A model generated the notes under the pieces. That model had not been told where the DNA came from and did not search any database. It worked only from the letters and a program-made list of their open reading frames with translations. A stretch of DNA of 63,720 nt, the filler included, from Globobulimina sp. (taxonomy: Eukaryota): the NCBI GenBank assembly GCA_003354225.1. It is 13 parts of 13 records of this genome, joined end to end, with 100 filler letters (N's around TTAATTAATTAA, not from the genome) between each part and the next. Parts side by side here need not be neighbours in the genome. Positions count along the whole stretch, not along the records: positions 19,664 to 24,474 come from PIVH01000907.1; positions 24,575 to 29,385 come from PIVH01000908.1; positions 29,486 to 34,294 come from PIVH01000909.1; positions 34,395 to 39,203 come from PIVH01000910.1; 9 more parts are not named here. One strand, 5' to 3'. Of the stretch, positions 21,566 to 34,810 are shown in pieces. The position numbers and the translations under genes were made by a program. Numbering within the stretch: position 1 is the first letter of the stretch; every line of letters starts with the position of its first letter.

Positions 21566-24045
21566 ATGACTAAACCCATCCTACTCGTAACAACACTCGC
21601 AGGTATTATCCCATCTACACCATTACATTCCCATCACACATTTTGTATCAATATCCCCCCAAAACCAGCTTATTTGCAGTCACTCCACGCTCAATCTATA
21701 TTTTATGGAAATAGTTTCATTTGCGATCAGAGCCAATCAAATCTGGACTGCAAGCCCGGCGATAACATAATCTGTGACGCCAACAAACAGTGCACCATAC
21801 AATGCAGTGATGGTTGTGCTGGCATCATTATCAACGCTAAAAAAGCAATCTCTCTCTCCATAACCAACTGCATTGATTGCGACCAAATGACAGTATATTG
21901 CCCTCAAAATGGTGCCTATAACACTGACAATATCTGCACACTTTCACTGTCAAACAACGTCCACGATGTCACCATATACGCACAAGAATCCTTCAATGAT
22001 TTCCAAGCCATCCAAGCGCCAAACACACCGCATTCCATACTAACTTCCTCCATCCATTGCGGTGATTTATCTATGATTGAATTCCAATGCGTGCTGTCCG
22101 CAGATGGCAACTCGTGCACCGACCCTCTGTCCACGTGCCAATCCTACCGCATACCCACCGTAGCACCCACACCAACTCCTACCTCCGTCACGAAAGCACC
22201 CACCACTCGACCCATTATATCCGCAGTCTTATCCACCAGCAATACTGCACCCACTACGCAGGAAAGAGAGCACATAGACTCGACCCATATCAACGAAGAA
22301 ATCGATTTATTTGCCGAGACGCACAGCAACAATGCACATTATATCATGTTGATTGTAGGCTTATGCATCATTTGGGGCTCTTTCTTCTGTTGCTTTATAA
22401 TTATGTACTACCATCGTGAAAAAAAGCAACAGCTGAACAAAACAGTCAATATTATGTCCAGACCAATGTCCCCTTCCTACCATCCCTCCAAATCGCAGCA
22501 AGTTAAATCGCCCACCAAATCCAAAGCACACCAACAAGGCCACAACAACCAGGAAACTTCCATGGATTCTCCACCCAAAAAATTACAATTAAAACCTTTC
22601 TCATCCAGTATGTTTAGATAAATCGCAATGATATGCTCACATTTTGGCCTATTTAAAGTATATACAAACTAGTTTTCCTATAATTTATACATACCTTTAA
22701 TATGTGTATGCAAATGTAGCCAAAATGCAAGCACAATGTGTAGATTTTATCTTGTATGAGATTTGCTTTCGCGTTTGTACGATGACACTGTTTGCAAACC
22801 CACTCTGTATACACAGAAACGCATACAGAGGCCAACGAGCTATACAAAGAAAAAACCGTCTCCAACTTGATTCAGCTTAACTTAAGTGGCCATGCTCCGA
22901 AAAAAAAACCTTGCACTGATCATGACGAAAAGGAAGAAAAGTCCAAACAACACATGATCGTCGACATTATCCATTCGCCCAAATACGGTCTCTCGCCGCG
23001 TATGGATTTCATACGCAGTCCACGCTTAACTCCGCGGCCATACTTCTACGACAAGCACAGCGGCAGCATCACGCCGTATATGTCTAACCGCAGTGGCAAA
23101 TTATTTCTGCACGAAGCCACGTCCAACGCCATGTCGATAAACACCGTCAACACCGCCGAGGCAGTCGAGATCAAATTGCCCGTCGAAGTGAAATTGATCC
23201 CTTGTTATGACGTTAAAGTCGAAGAAGAAGAAGCAGCGCCAAAACAAACCAAAGCAGCCATCGTGAAGCCACAGCCACGCACTGAGCAAATCCTGCAAAA
23301 GCACGAAACGCCCCAATTTGAGGAGGATATCAACATTCGATTAGACGTCGTCCAGCAAGGCGACGAAGACGAAGACGAAGACGGCTATGAAGGCAGTTTG
23401 GACTCGAAATATAAGGTGAAAATCGAAGAGAAACACGACAGCTCAGATTCTGACGACGATGTACAAACCGAAGGCGATGATAAGTCCGTAATGGACGGCG
23501 TGCAGGAAAACAAAATGCGAGTTTTCTGGGAATATTCTGAAGCGCCGCCACCGCCGCCACCCTCCTTAGTTAACAACGAGAACCACAGCTATATGAACAG
23601 TGTGAATTCCATCAGCAACATACAAGCACAGATGTCTCCGAGTCGCCATTACCGCGTCAAGTACTCGTTGGGCATACAGCAGGATATCAAGAATTGTATG
23701 AGTGCGCCCGGTGCGGTGGCGGAGAAAAAGAAGTTCGCCTTCGATGATAAGGCGGTGGCCCGGCAAAGCACGGAAAGCAGTGTGCGCCGCTCGCATAAGA
23801 AGGAAATGTCGAATTCATACTCGCCGCGCGGCAATTTTCTGTTGAAACCGCCGGTGTCGCCGTCGTATCAGAGCCATCATAACAGATATTATGTGCCGGG
23901 GCCCCCGGTTTATGGCAGTTATTATCAAGGGAGTGTTACGTCGGTGACGCCGCAGCCGGTGTCGCAAGTGACGTATTTGGCGTTCCCGCAAAGCAGACCG
24001 CGTATTTATAGTGATCCTACCTTTCCGGCCAAGCAATCTTTGTAA
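21566..24045 (+). CDS. Type I membrane protein: Cys-rich ectodomain, PT stalk, TM, long Ser/Pro-rich tail
   Basis: Removing an in-frame intron at 21603-21668 gives a signal-peptide-like start. Cys-rich region (C..C..MTVYCP), PTVAPTPTPT stalk, TM YIMLIVGLCIIWGSFFCCFIIMYY. Donor at 22608 to ORF 22792-24045; acceptor uncertain (22816 or 22828 fit). Confidence 0.65.
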
Positions 24046-24474
24046 TTTTAGTTTGTTTTTGGGTGTGTTTGTATTTGTATTTGTATGTTTTGTTTGGTTG
24101 CTTTCTTTTTTTTTTTTAATTTTGTATTATTTTTTTTTTTTTTTATTTTTTTTTTTTTTTTTTTTAACTTTGCATTATATTTGTTTTGAATTATATACTT
24201 TCTTTGTTTTTTCATATATTTTTTTTATTGCATTGTGTTATATTATTGTTTGGTTAATGTTGTCTTATTTTCTATTCGTTTTTATAGTTTAATTTATTTA
24301 TATTTGGCATTAAATTAATAGTTGAATCATGAATTTATGCGCTCTGTGTTCGTTAATAAGACGTTAACTATAATAATTATAATAAATAAACCAAACACCA
24401 AAAATACACCAATATAATCATTCTTAAAGTTTTGAAGAAGAAGTTTTTGATCGTCAGTCTAAAGCTAGTAACAT

Positions 24475-24574
24475 NNNNNNNNNNNNNNNNNNNNNNNNNN
24501 NNNNNNNNNNNNNNNNNNTTAATTAATTAANNNNNNNNNNNNNNNNNNNNNNNNNNNNNNNNNNNNNNNNNNNN
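24475..24574. other. Artificial contig linker
   Basis: N44-TTAATTAATTAA-N44. Confidence 0.98.
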
Positions 24575-24575
24575 A

Positions 24576-27500
24576 GTCGACGCCATTGCCACCAAAGACT
24601 CTGTCGGCAAATTGAAAAAAGGCCAAGTCGCCGGTGTCTTAGATTTATTATCCAATTCAGCGCCGACCAGCCACTGCTTATTAGAATTAGTAATGCGAGA
24701 TTTAAAGGAAAACGACACCAAATTCGGCGCCCGCGGCATACATAAAAAATTAACGGTCGATCAGCTTAAAAAATTGGGGGAAATGGACGGCAGTTTATAC
24801 AAAAACCTCTCGTTCGTGCAAGTAATGGCGGGTAAACTACGGCCAATATCCGACGTAAAATGGCAAAATAACGAGGCATATTGCAAGGCGTATTTAGATA
24901 AATTGCGTGCTTTTGCCCGTGGCCCCTTAAAACACGTGACCTTCAAAGCATTGATATTATTCAATTACTTGCGTTTCTATGAAGGCGTAGCGCAACCAGA
25001 CGGCAGTGCGGATATTGCTGCGTATCAAGCCGCCGTGTACGGCAATGATGGGCCAAAAAAGAAGAACTCAGTTAAACCCAAGTTCCCTTCCTATGACAAG
25101 GACACATTAGCTACCTATTTATCGCTACCACGGCGCGGTGCGCCCTTTACAGCGACCCCGGCCTCCTCCAAAGCGGCCAATTCCATGGTGACCAGTGTGG
25201 ATACCTCGTTTTCCAGCGATGCCTTCCCTGAGTTGCCGCCCATTGGCGACGATATCGCTTTCATCCAACGCGCGTTGGGCTACTTCTTCCTCGGTGGAGA
25301 TCTAACCGGTGGTTGGCCGATGGTGAAGAAAGAATGGGCGCTGATCGTGTTTGCAAAGGAGAAGTTAATGTCCTCTGCCGGCTCCGACAAGTTCTTAAAA
25401 GCGCAGGAAGGCGCTATCCGCGATCATGTGTCGGCCAAGGCGTTTAAACAATTTTCTAGCGAGTCGCAGCTGCGCTTATTTGAGACGAATAAGAAATTTT
25501 ATCGCGTTCGCGATGCGGTTACGATTGAGTACTTTACCAAGAATAATGCGGAAATTGTATTCAATATTTATCAATTAAACAGCACCAATTATTATTTGGA
25601 CCATTTATCAGAGATCCCGGTCGACATTGCATTATCCGGCGCAGTGCCCATAAAGTCAATCACCAAAAAGTATTCCAAAGACAAGTCCATTATCCGCAGA
25701 GCGGACAGTGTCACTATTAAGTCATTGGCGGGCAAACGAGGCATATTCATCATTGATTTAATTGGTAAGAATATCAGTTGCCGCTGTTTTATTCGCAAAG
25801 GAGAGTTGAGGTTTATTTATGAGCAAACCAATGACGGCTATGATTTTTATGTCTTCGACGAGAATTATAACCAGATCATGAAGCCGCGCATTTTTATGGA
25901 TGGCGTGGTGTATGACGTGCAAGGTGGTGGTGCTGAGGAGAAGAAGGAAGAAAAGGATGAAAAGGATGACGAGAAGCAGCGCGGTGGGAAAATAACGTTG
26001 CCATACTCGGAGGACACTGACCGTGAGGAACAGCTAATTATTATCCAAGACACCAAGACTGGGGCAGCCAGTGCGGTGTTACGATCATTCAAACGACAGC
26101 TTAAAAGCTATGATTTGCGCGGTGGTTTCTACATCGATCGGGAGAATTTATTAAGTAAACAACAGGCCAAGTTACTAATTCGTGCCAATTTGTATTTGTG
26201 CAATGAACAGACGAGTATTGCCATGGCGTCCAGTCCGAGTTACGTCACGTTGGTGTTTAAGACTCTGGACGGCGAATTAAAGCGAGATGTACGACGCGTG
26301 CAGTTACGCGACAACGTGGACAGTGAGATTATATTCACAGTGCCGACCAATTTGCGAGAAATATCCTGTCGATTAGATACGCGCGTAAATGGGAGCAAGC
26401 TAAGCATCTCACATTCGTTTAAAGTGAATGGCATCGATGCTTGTCCGTTTATTGCCGATGTGTTTTTATTGCCGGATAGCAAGAAAGGTTATTATTTGTT
26501 GACAGTGGGTAAGAATGGAGAAGTATTTGGCAATGAAAGATTAGAAATTGAATTATATCACAAATTCTTCCGTCCCAATCGCTGTGTGTCGTGTACGGTG
26601 ACTACGGATCAGAATGGTTTATTTGAATTGGGCAAGTTGGAAAATGTGCGATCCATTCGGGTGAAACCTAAAAATACCTCCTTTTTCAGTGAAAAGGACT
26701 TTAATTTATTGCAAGATTTAGTAAATGTGCCGTCGAGGATATGCAGGAAGGAAGGAACCAGCATCAAAATACCATTCAGTTCCGTGGGCACGCCGCGAGT
26801 TAGCATTTATGATGCACAGTATTCGAGTGATATCAGTAAGGCAGCGACTTATAAATCCGGTTATGTCATCATTGAGAAGTTGCCGCCCGGCGATTATGTG
26901 CTATATATTGACGATATATTATCTGCACAAGTGACCTTACATATTTCTGGTGGCAAACTATTTGATTGCCACTTGGGTGAATATGTGTTGTCCAATTCTC
27001 GCATATTGCAGTTATCTGAAGATACGCCGTTACAAATCACCAATGTAAAATCTGGCGGAGATAGCGAGAACATGCAAATCCAATTGGATGGCTATAATGA
27101 AATGACCCGTTGCCACGTCATTGTCACCTCCTTACTGCCCGTCTTCACGCCATACCAATCCTTGTGTGCGCCCGTCCGCTATCCCGATGTGATTGACTTT
27201 GTCTCGCTGTCCAATTCCATGTACACTCCCACCGCCAAATGTGACCCCGAATTCATGTACATTTTAAACCGAAATAAAAAGAAAAAAAGTGAAAGATACA
27301 ATGGCAACAATTTGTATACACCGTCCATGATATTTGGCAAATACGCCCCACCGCAACAGAGAGCGCCTTCCGCCAACGAGCCGACACCGAAACAGATTGG
27401 AAAAATGCAGGCCATTTTCAAATCGCGTTATGACAACGTATTGCAAGAATCCTTTGGTGCAGACAATGCCAAATCTGACGATACCTCCAATGTGGAGTTC

Positions 27501-29385
27501 TTGCCGCAGCCTTCCATCGTTTTCAGCAATTTGAAGCCAGACAAATCGAGTGGCATTGTCTCGATACCCGGTTTTAAGAAATCTGAATTTCGCTGCGTCC
27601 AAATTATCGCCACCGACGACGACAACACGGCACTGTTAAATCATGTGATTAATAATGGAGCGGCCATCGGCAATGACATGGCGACCACGGACATGCGGCT
27701 ATCGCCGGGTTTTGATGCCAGCAAACATTACTCGGCGGTGCGCAAAATCCAGTGTTTGAACCAAAGCGAAGATTACAAAATCGAGGATATCAACGCTTCC
27801 ACGGCCATCCCCTTCGAGAAACTGTCGTGTTTATTCGATTTGTATTCCGGTCTCATTGGCGAAGACAATAAAAGCGCCCAGATCCACTTTGAGAAATTCC
27901 GGCCACTCACGCAATGGCACAAATTGCCCGATGCGCAAAAACTCGACTTTTATGACCAAAATATGTGCCACGAAGTGAATTTTTTCTTATACAAACGGGA
28001 TCGGCAGTTTTTTGAAAACACAGTGGCTCCGGTTCTCCGCAGCAAGCTTCGCAAAGAATTTATGGATTCCTTTTTGTTGCAGTCCGATTTGAATGAATAT
28101 GCCGATCCGTATTTGTTTAGTTTGCTGAATACGTTGGAACAGATTTTGTTGTGTTCGCAGGTTAAAGATGGCGATGCTTTGGCAAAGGCCACCCTTCGTA
28201 GCATCGAGGAGAGCGCGGCATTGATTGCCCGGGATCCAAAATTCGATGATCGCATATTCGCAGCGAGCAAATACAGAAACCAGATAGATTTGATTGGTGC
28301 GGTTGCCGTTGCCGTTGTCGATGATGGCGCGGCGGCGGAGGAAAAAGCAGCAATTGATGGCGGTGCAGACAATGTAGAAATGGATGAGAAAAAAGGGGAA
28401 CATCCCGATGGCGCCGAAGAGCCCGACATTGATGGTGATGGTGATGGTGATGGTGATGGTGATGATGGGTACAATCCCTTCAATTTTGATGAAACGTACA
28501 TGTTTGAAGAAAGCGGCTATTTTAATGTCGGCGGGACCCAATCCACTGCGAATTTGATTCGAGCCAGCAAGTTTTGGAAGGATTTTGCTTTGTATTTGTT
28601 GCAGGATGGCGGCAGAGGCAGCTTTTTATCGCCTTTCCTCGGCCGAGCTGTCAATAATATCAATGAGGCGCTGTTGGCATTGGCCGTCACCGACTTACCG
28701 TTTGCGGCCAGCGAGCCAGAAATTAGCCGGCAACGAGGAGCCGGCGTCTATTCCGGCAAAGTGTCGCTAACTCCCAAGGACGGGCCATGCGTAATATTTT
28801 TGGAGGAGATGGTGGAATCTCGCTTGGTGTCCTCCACATTGTCTGTGCATAGCAATTATTTCGATCCGCGCGATTCCGCCGAGATTGTGCATGGTGAGAA
28901 GGTGGATAAGTTTGTGATTGGCACCTTTGAGACGCGCAAGATTTATGGCTGTCGCTCTGTGATCACCAACGTGTCGTCGGTGGAGCAGGACATTGAGGTT
29001 TTGTTGCAGATTCCGGCGGGCAGCATTGCGGTGAACCAGTCATACGGCACCAAGTCGTATAAATTGTCGTTGTCGCCCTTTATGACGGAGCGGTTGACCT
29101 ATTATTTTTATTTCCCATTACCGTCTGGAAAGAGAGACTTTGAGTGTTTCCCGGTGCACATTAATAAGAATGGGAAGACCATCGCGTACGCTTTGGACGA
29201 GCGGCTGATTAATATGAATGTGGTGGGCAGCGGCTCGGATGTGATGAGGGACAAAAAGTCTGCCGAATTGAAAAATAGTTGGGACTTTCTGACCTCTTCT
29301 CGGGGCACTTCGCAGCAAATCATTGAGTTTTTGGGCAGCAACGAGCGATGCTACGAAGTGGATTTATCCAAATTGGGGGCGCGCT
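24576..29385 (+). CDS. Very large (>1600 aa) intronless protein, both ends truncated; resembles a Planctomycete/protist family with macroglobulin-like beta-sandwich regions
   Basis: One frame spans the whole contig. Blocks CHEVNFFLYKRDRQFF..V.P.L..KL.KEFMD, NINEALLALAVTDLPF, GEKVDKFV..F....IYGCRSVITN and YYFYFP..G...FPVHI. Family assignment is from memory only. Confidence 0.7.
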
Positions 29386-29485
29386 NNNNNNNNNNNNNNN
29401 NNNNNNNNNNNNNNNNNNNNNNNNNNNNNTTAATTAATTAANNNNNNNNNNNNNNNNNNNNNNNNNNNNNNNNNNNNNNNNNNNN
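29386..29485. other. Artificial contig linker
   Basis: N44-TTAATTAATTAA-N44. Confidence 0.98.
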
Positions 29486-31138
29486 TTGTTTTTCATAATA
29501 ATTTAATTCTTGATATTCATTTATTTGCCGTTCATGCTGTTTTATCCAATATTGTTGCTTTATAATTTCTTGCTGCTCTTCCAATAATGTAAATAACTCA
29601 GTTTGCATTATCTCAATTCTCGATGTAATTTCATCCCTTTTTCTCAAAACCTCTTTCGAAATAGACAATGATTTATTAGGTACACCAGTCAATACTTTAA
29701 AAAACGAATCGAAGCAAATAGTACCCATATCCCAGAACATTTTATCAAATATCAGTGCTTGTTTATTAGTTGCAATCTTTCGTGGATCTTTTTTGTACAC
29801 GGAATTGTTCAATTTGAAATAAGCACAATCTGCTATGGTGCCTTCCTTGTTAATAGCATCCAATACTTGAGGCTCTTCAGCGTCTGCAAAAGTCATTAAT
29901 ATAAATATGTTTTCCTTGACATCTTTCCCCCACAAATTTAAAACAGAATTGAATATATACTTTTGCGACGCACTCAATCGTGTGTCAGTAGCTTTTACTA
30001 CAAAACAAATTGCATCAATTGAATCCAGCACATTTTCAAAAAATAATTTAATATTCCTAACCAATGTTTTGTCTCTTTTAATACCGCGCGTGTCACCAAA
30101 ACCTGGCGTATCGATAACAGTTAAATCATAATGTAAATTACTTCCAAGTTGCCGTTTGATGAAATATGCACTAATATCGTCTGTTTGACTCACTGCCTGA
30201 CCGTCCGGCTTCGCTTTCTCAATAATTAATTTTAATCGAAATTTATCTTCAAATTGAACATTATAAATATAATTTACTAATGAATTTAGCAATGTTGTTT
30301 TGCCGGCACCAGTTTGACCCACAACCATTATCACTTTGTGGTTTCTTGTACTAACTACCTTTCTATAACCCGCCAAATCCACACCAATGTACTCAACTCG
30401 TTTACAGTCAATATGATGGAATCCAGGATCAAATTTGATTGGATTCTCAAAACCTTCGTTCTGTTTCTCATCGTCATAGTTTTGTTTCTCATCTTATGTG
30501 AATGGTATCATATAACTCATATAACTCTGAACCAAACAAGAAATATCACACAACATACCATCACCATCAATTGTTTGTAAATGTAAATGTAAAGTTTCGT
30601 CTGCATCATCCTCTTTATCTTCTAAAGCTGTGCGTAAATCCTGCCAATCATCAATATCTATTCGAGAACCGTCTGTGTTTTCATACAATACAACACCAAC
30701 ATTATTAATATTTAATTTAAAATGTATCTTTGCTGCATTTAATAACTCATCATATACTTTTTCATCCAATTCATCCAATTCTTTATTTATTGTAAAGGTA
30801 TATTTATGATTATGATGATGGATTATAATATGTCGACCATCATCCAAAGGTTCAACTATTTTAATAATGGGTTTTGTGCTGAAATCAAGAGCACTTATGT
30901 GCTTCATAAGCGCTTGGCTATCATCAGCTGAAATGGTAATTCCTTTAATGTCTAAAGCATATGCGATATTCATATCGAATTTTTTGCATATTTTCTTCTT
31001 TAAAAAATCTAAGTTTGTTGGCCAATCATCGGATGGCAATCTAAAACTGTACACAACTGGTTGCCCATTTTTTGGTCCTTCCACGTCAATCAACTTTTTT
31101 GCTGGTTTGCCTTTTGTCGCTAGCACCGCGTTCGCCAT
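29486..31138 (-). CDS. PB1-like domain(s) + septin/AIG1-type GTPase + coiled coil, 3'-truncated
   Basis: Intron 30493-30558 (GTATGT..AAG) joins the two ORFs in frame. OPCA-like motif YENTDGSRIDIDDWQDL. G1 GQTGAGKT, G2 SQT, G3 DTPGFGD, G4-like TFAD. Confidence 0.85.
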
Positions 31139-31275
31139 TTGTTTAGCACTGAGTTTTTTTTTTTTTTTTCAAGAGTTGTAAAAGTACAGAATGCGACAAG
31201 GCAAACAGCACCAAATTTTTTTTCAACAATAGATTTAATTTAAACACTACAGTATTATTAATCACTTTACATACG

Positions 31276-34154
31276 TTATTCAACAGATTTTGTTGTGTTA
31301 TCATCCTCTTTTTTCATTTCAATATCATTCTCATTCTCTCCCTTATCATTTCCAATGGTTGTAGTTGTTGTACATTTCTCCGTTTTCATTTTATCCTTAT
31401 CCGTATCTCCCTCATTCTTATCACCCGAACTCTGACTATTCTCCACTTGCTTTGATATCTTTACATCATCACAAGAATTGGATCGATGTTTTTTACTTTT
31501 ATTAAATCCATTCGACCGCGACCGCGACCTCTTCGATGACATGCTGTCCGACCTTGAACTCGACCCTCCGCCGCCATCCTTTTCCTTTTCCTTTTCACTT
31601 CGCACACTATGCGACCTCGACCGTGACCGCGATCGTGATCGTGATCGAGATCTATCCCTTGACCGTGATCGTGATCGTGACCGTGACCGTGACCGCGACC
31701 GCGTTCGTGATCTCGACCGTGATTTATGTCCACTGCCTTCACTCCGACTCTGTCTATGCTTCCTCCTCGAACTCGAATTCTTGTCTCCATCCTCCTTCTT
31801 ACTCCGACGCACACTGCGACGCCGCGATCTATTTTTCGATGATTTATGCCTCGATCTATGCCGTCCGCTGCGACGCCGCTTACTCCGACTCCGCGAATGC
31901 GAATGACTCCGACTCCGTGTCCGTGTCCGTGATCGACTGCGCGACCGACTCCTGCTCCTACTCCGCGACACTGATATCCGCACATGTTTACGTACCAACC
32001 TCCGATCCCGCATACGATCGCGATCGCGACTCAGGCCATGCCGCACCACGCCATGTCCGCCGCGTACAGCATGCATACCGCTGTTCGCCATATTATTATG
32101 CATCTGTCGCATATGACCCCTGCCCATATTCCCCGGGTTGCCATATCTGCCACGCCCACCACCGCGGCCCCGACCACCGCGTCCGCCATAATTCATATTC
32201 CTTCTGCCCAGCCTACGCATACCAGCGCCCTGGCCATGGCCCCGAGCATAGGACGGTGAGTGTGAGGAGTGTCCAGGGCCGGGCCCATGATTTGGCGACA
32301 CTGACGACTGCATAAACGAAGCCGGAATAACCTTGACAAACTTACCCGGCTCCACCTCCATCACCGGCAAACTTTCCAACGTCTTGGCGTCCAAATGGTG
32401 CATAAACCGCACATCCTCCATCCCTCCGCCACCAAAATGCCGCACCTCATCCATACCGTGGCCACGCCCGCCACGCCCCCCACGCCCACCAAACCCGCCA
32501 TGCTGCCCAGGCCCCGGCCCTTCGCCTGGCATACAATCAACATTCATGCCGCCGATACTGCCCATGCCGTTATTCTTATTGCCAAAATTATCGCGGCACC
32601 AATCGATGTCCATCTTCTGTCCATGCAAAGTCTTGCCCACTTCGCCGCGAATCGCCACCTCCGCATCGCCGGAATTGTCAAACTCGACGAAGGCAAACCC
32701 GCGCGGTTTGTGGCTCGCGTGCTGCCGCGGAATGCGCACACTCGTAATCATGCCGTAGCCGATGAACCGCTCCTTCAGCTCCGACTCCTTGACGCTGGCC
32801 GCCAGATTGCCGATAAACAGCGACCTCTGCGCGGGCGCCTCCTGCGCCGTGCTCAGCATCTTGGCCTTGGTCTCGCTGGCCACCGCCACCCACACTTGCG
32901 AGCCGTTGATGTTCGTGTTCTGCAGCTTCTGGATGGCGCGCTCCGCCGCGTAGTACGAGTCGTAGACAATGAAGCAGTGTCCGTGCCGAGTGTGCAAAGT
33001 GCGATAGCTGCCGCCATGGACCCGCACATGGTACCGCACGTCGGCTTTGCTCACCGCCAGCGGCAGGTTGCCCATATAGACCACGGTCACATTGCTGCTC
33101 ATCTCGCACTCGATCATGCTGTCGTTCATATGGATTTTGCCGCTGGCTCTGCACGCTTTTTCCTGCGCGTCCTGGCTGCGGAAGTTGACGAAGCCGAAGC
33201 ATTTGGTGCTGGGGTTCTTTTTGCGTTTGATGACGGCGCAAGAGAAGATTTCGCCGAATCGGCTGAACAGGCCATGGAGGTCTTGCTTTTGGCAGCTCCG
33301 CGGCAGGTTTTTCACGAAGATGTTGAAGGTGCGGCCGGTGCACCCTTTTAAGGCGTGCGCGTAGGTGGATTCTTGCGGCGATTCGGAGCCGGAATGAGGG
33401 TGTTTGGGCGGTTTGGGCTGCGAGGAATGGTGCGGTTTGCGCGCGGTTTGTTTGTTGCTTTGGGGGTTGTGGATGGATAATTGTTTTGTGGGTGGAGGGG
33501 AATAGGAATGCGATGAGGAATGAGAGGGGGAATGGGAGCGGGAACGGGAATGGCTGCGGGAATTGGAGCGAGATCTGGTGTATGAACGGGATCGTGAACG
33601 CGAACGCGATGCTTATTGGGTTTTTTTTTGTGCGACTTTGCGTGAATTTTTGTGTGCGATGTAAAAGGATCTAAACTTTTGTGACGGCGATGACGGTGTT
33701 TTTTGCGTCTGGAGCGATGGTTTGATGATGAACGAGGTCGAGGTGTTGCGGTTTGAGTCTTGTCGGTTTTGTCTTTGTTATTATTGCTGTTTTGTGAGTT
33801 ATTGTTGATATTTGCTTCTGTTGATTGTGGATTGTGTGGTGATTGGTTGTCATTGTTGTTGTGTGCTGGCGATGATTTATCTTCTTTTGTAAAATCTATT
33901 GTGGTGTGTTTTTATTATAATTTTATTGTGGGGCAACATGGTGATTTTATGTATTGTGTAATCGGTTGTGAGTGAGACGTGGAAATTATTTCAAATTCAA
34001 ATTGTGTGAGTGAAGAGGTGTGGTAATTGATTATGGAATGTGTGGGTAATTAAAGTAGTTGAAAGTGTGCATGTTTTGTTTAAATACCATTGGTTGTAAT
34101 TTGTGGAGAACTCGTTTTGGGTTTGCCCTCATTCTCCGTGTCGTTATTGTTCAT
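31276..34154 (-). CDS. SR-related RNA-binding protein with three RRMs, RGG and RS domains
   Basis: RNP motifs IFVKNL/KCFGFVNF, VYMGNL/HCFIVY and LFIGNL/RGFAFVEF. RGG boxes and long RS dipeptide runs. Upstream RS-rich exons and an ATG at 34154 are inferred from GT/AG sites, so the 5' end is less certain. Confidence 0.82.
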
Positions 34155-34294
34155 TGTGTTGGTGTTGGCTGTGTCTGTGTTTAGGTTTCAACGCTTGCTG
34201 TTGCAGCAATGATACAATACCTTTTCAGTTGTTTTTTTTAATTGCTGTTTTTTTTATTATTTAAATTTAATTATGAGAAGTACTCATCGTACCA

Positions 34295-34394
34295 NNNNNN
34301 NNNNNNNNNNNNNNNNNNNNNNNNNNNNNNNNNNNNNNTTAATTAATTAANNNNNNNNNNNNNNNNNNNNNNNNNNNNNNNNNNNNNNNNNNNN
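34295..34394. other. Artificial contig linker
   Basis: N44-TTAATTAATTAA-N44. Confidence 0.98.
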
Positions 34395-34765
34395 GAAACA
34401 AATGCTGCCATTCGGATGCCGCCTTCCCACACACTATGTTTGCCCCCTCTTAATGGGTAATTATTGCCGGAACAGCACGGTAACTGCAATGCGCCCCCAT
34501 TGTCACTCGAGAATATCAACAATGTATTATCCGATAACGCATTCTGCTTTAATGTTCGTGTTATATTTCCAATAATAGTATCCAATAAAGTCACCATTGA
34601 CTCATAAATTGATCTACAACGATAATTTACAGCGTTTCCATTTGAATTATTAAATCCAGGATAAACATATGTGTCTAATGCAGAGCAATTATATGCATCG
34701 TTATCATATAAACTTAAATATTCTTCAGGTATTTGTTGTGGTGCATGGACGATATGCGTGCATAT
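34395..34765 (-). CDS. Arylsulfatase B-like internal fragment (N-terminus absent)
   Basis: HIVHAPQQIP, MVTLLDTIIGNI..LK....NTLLIFSSDNGG and NYPLRGGKHSVWEGGIR. The catalytic CxPxR half is not in frame upstream. Confidence 0.8.
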
Positions 34766-34810
34766 CATATCTCAACGAGTCCACTATGTTTATGAGCAGG
34801 GTCAAAATAA

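Noticed and set aside
24011-24292. Phe-rich ORFs (also 14093-14348 and 55704-55916)
   Set aside because: Translations of T-rich 3'-UTR sequence.
31478-33351. Long plus-strand and alternate-frame ORFs (318, 259, 221 aa) over the SR/RRM gene
   Set aside because: Shadows of a GC-rich, repetitive coding sequence with no independent motifs.
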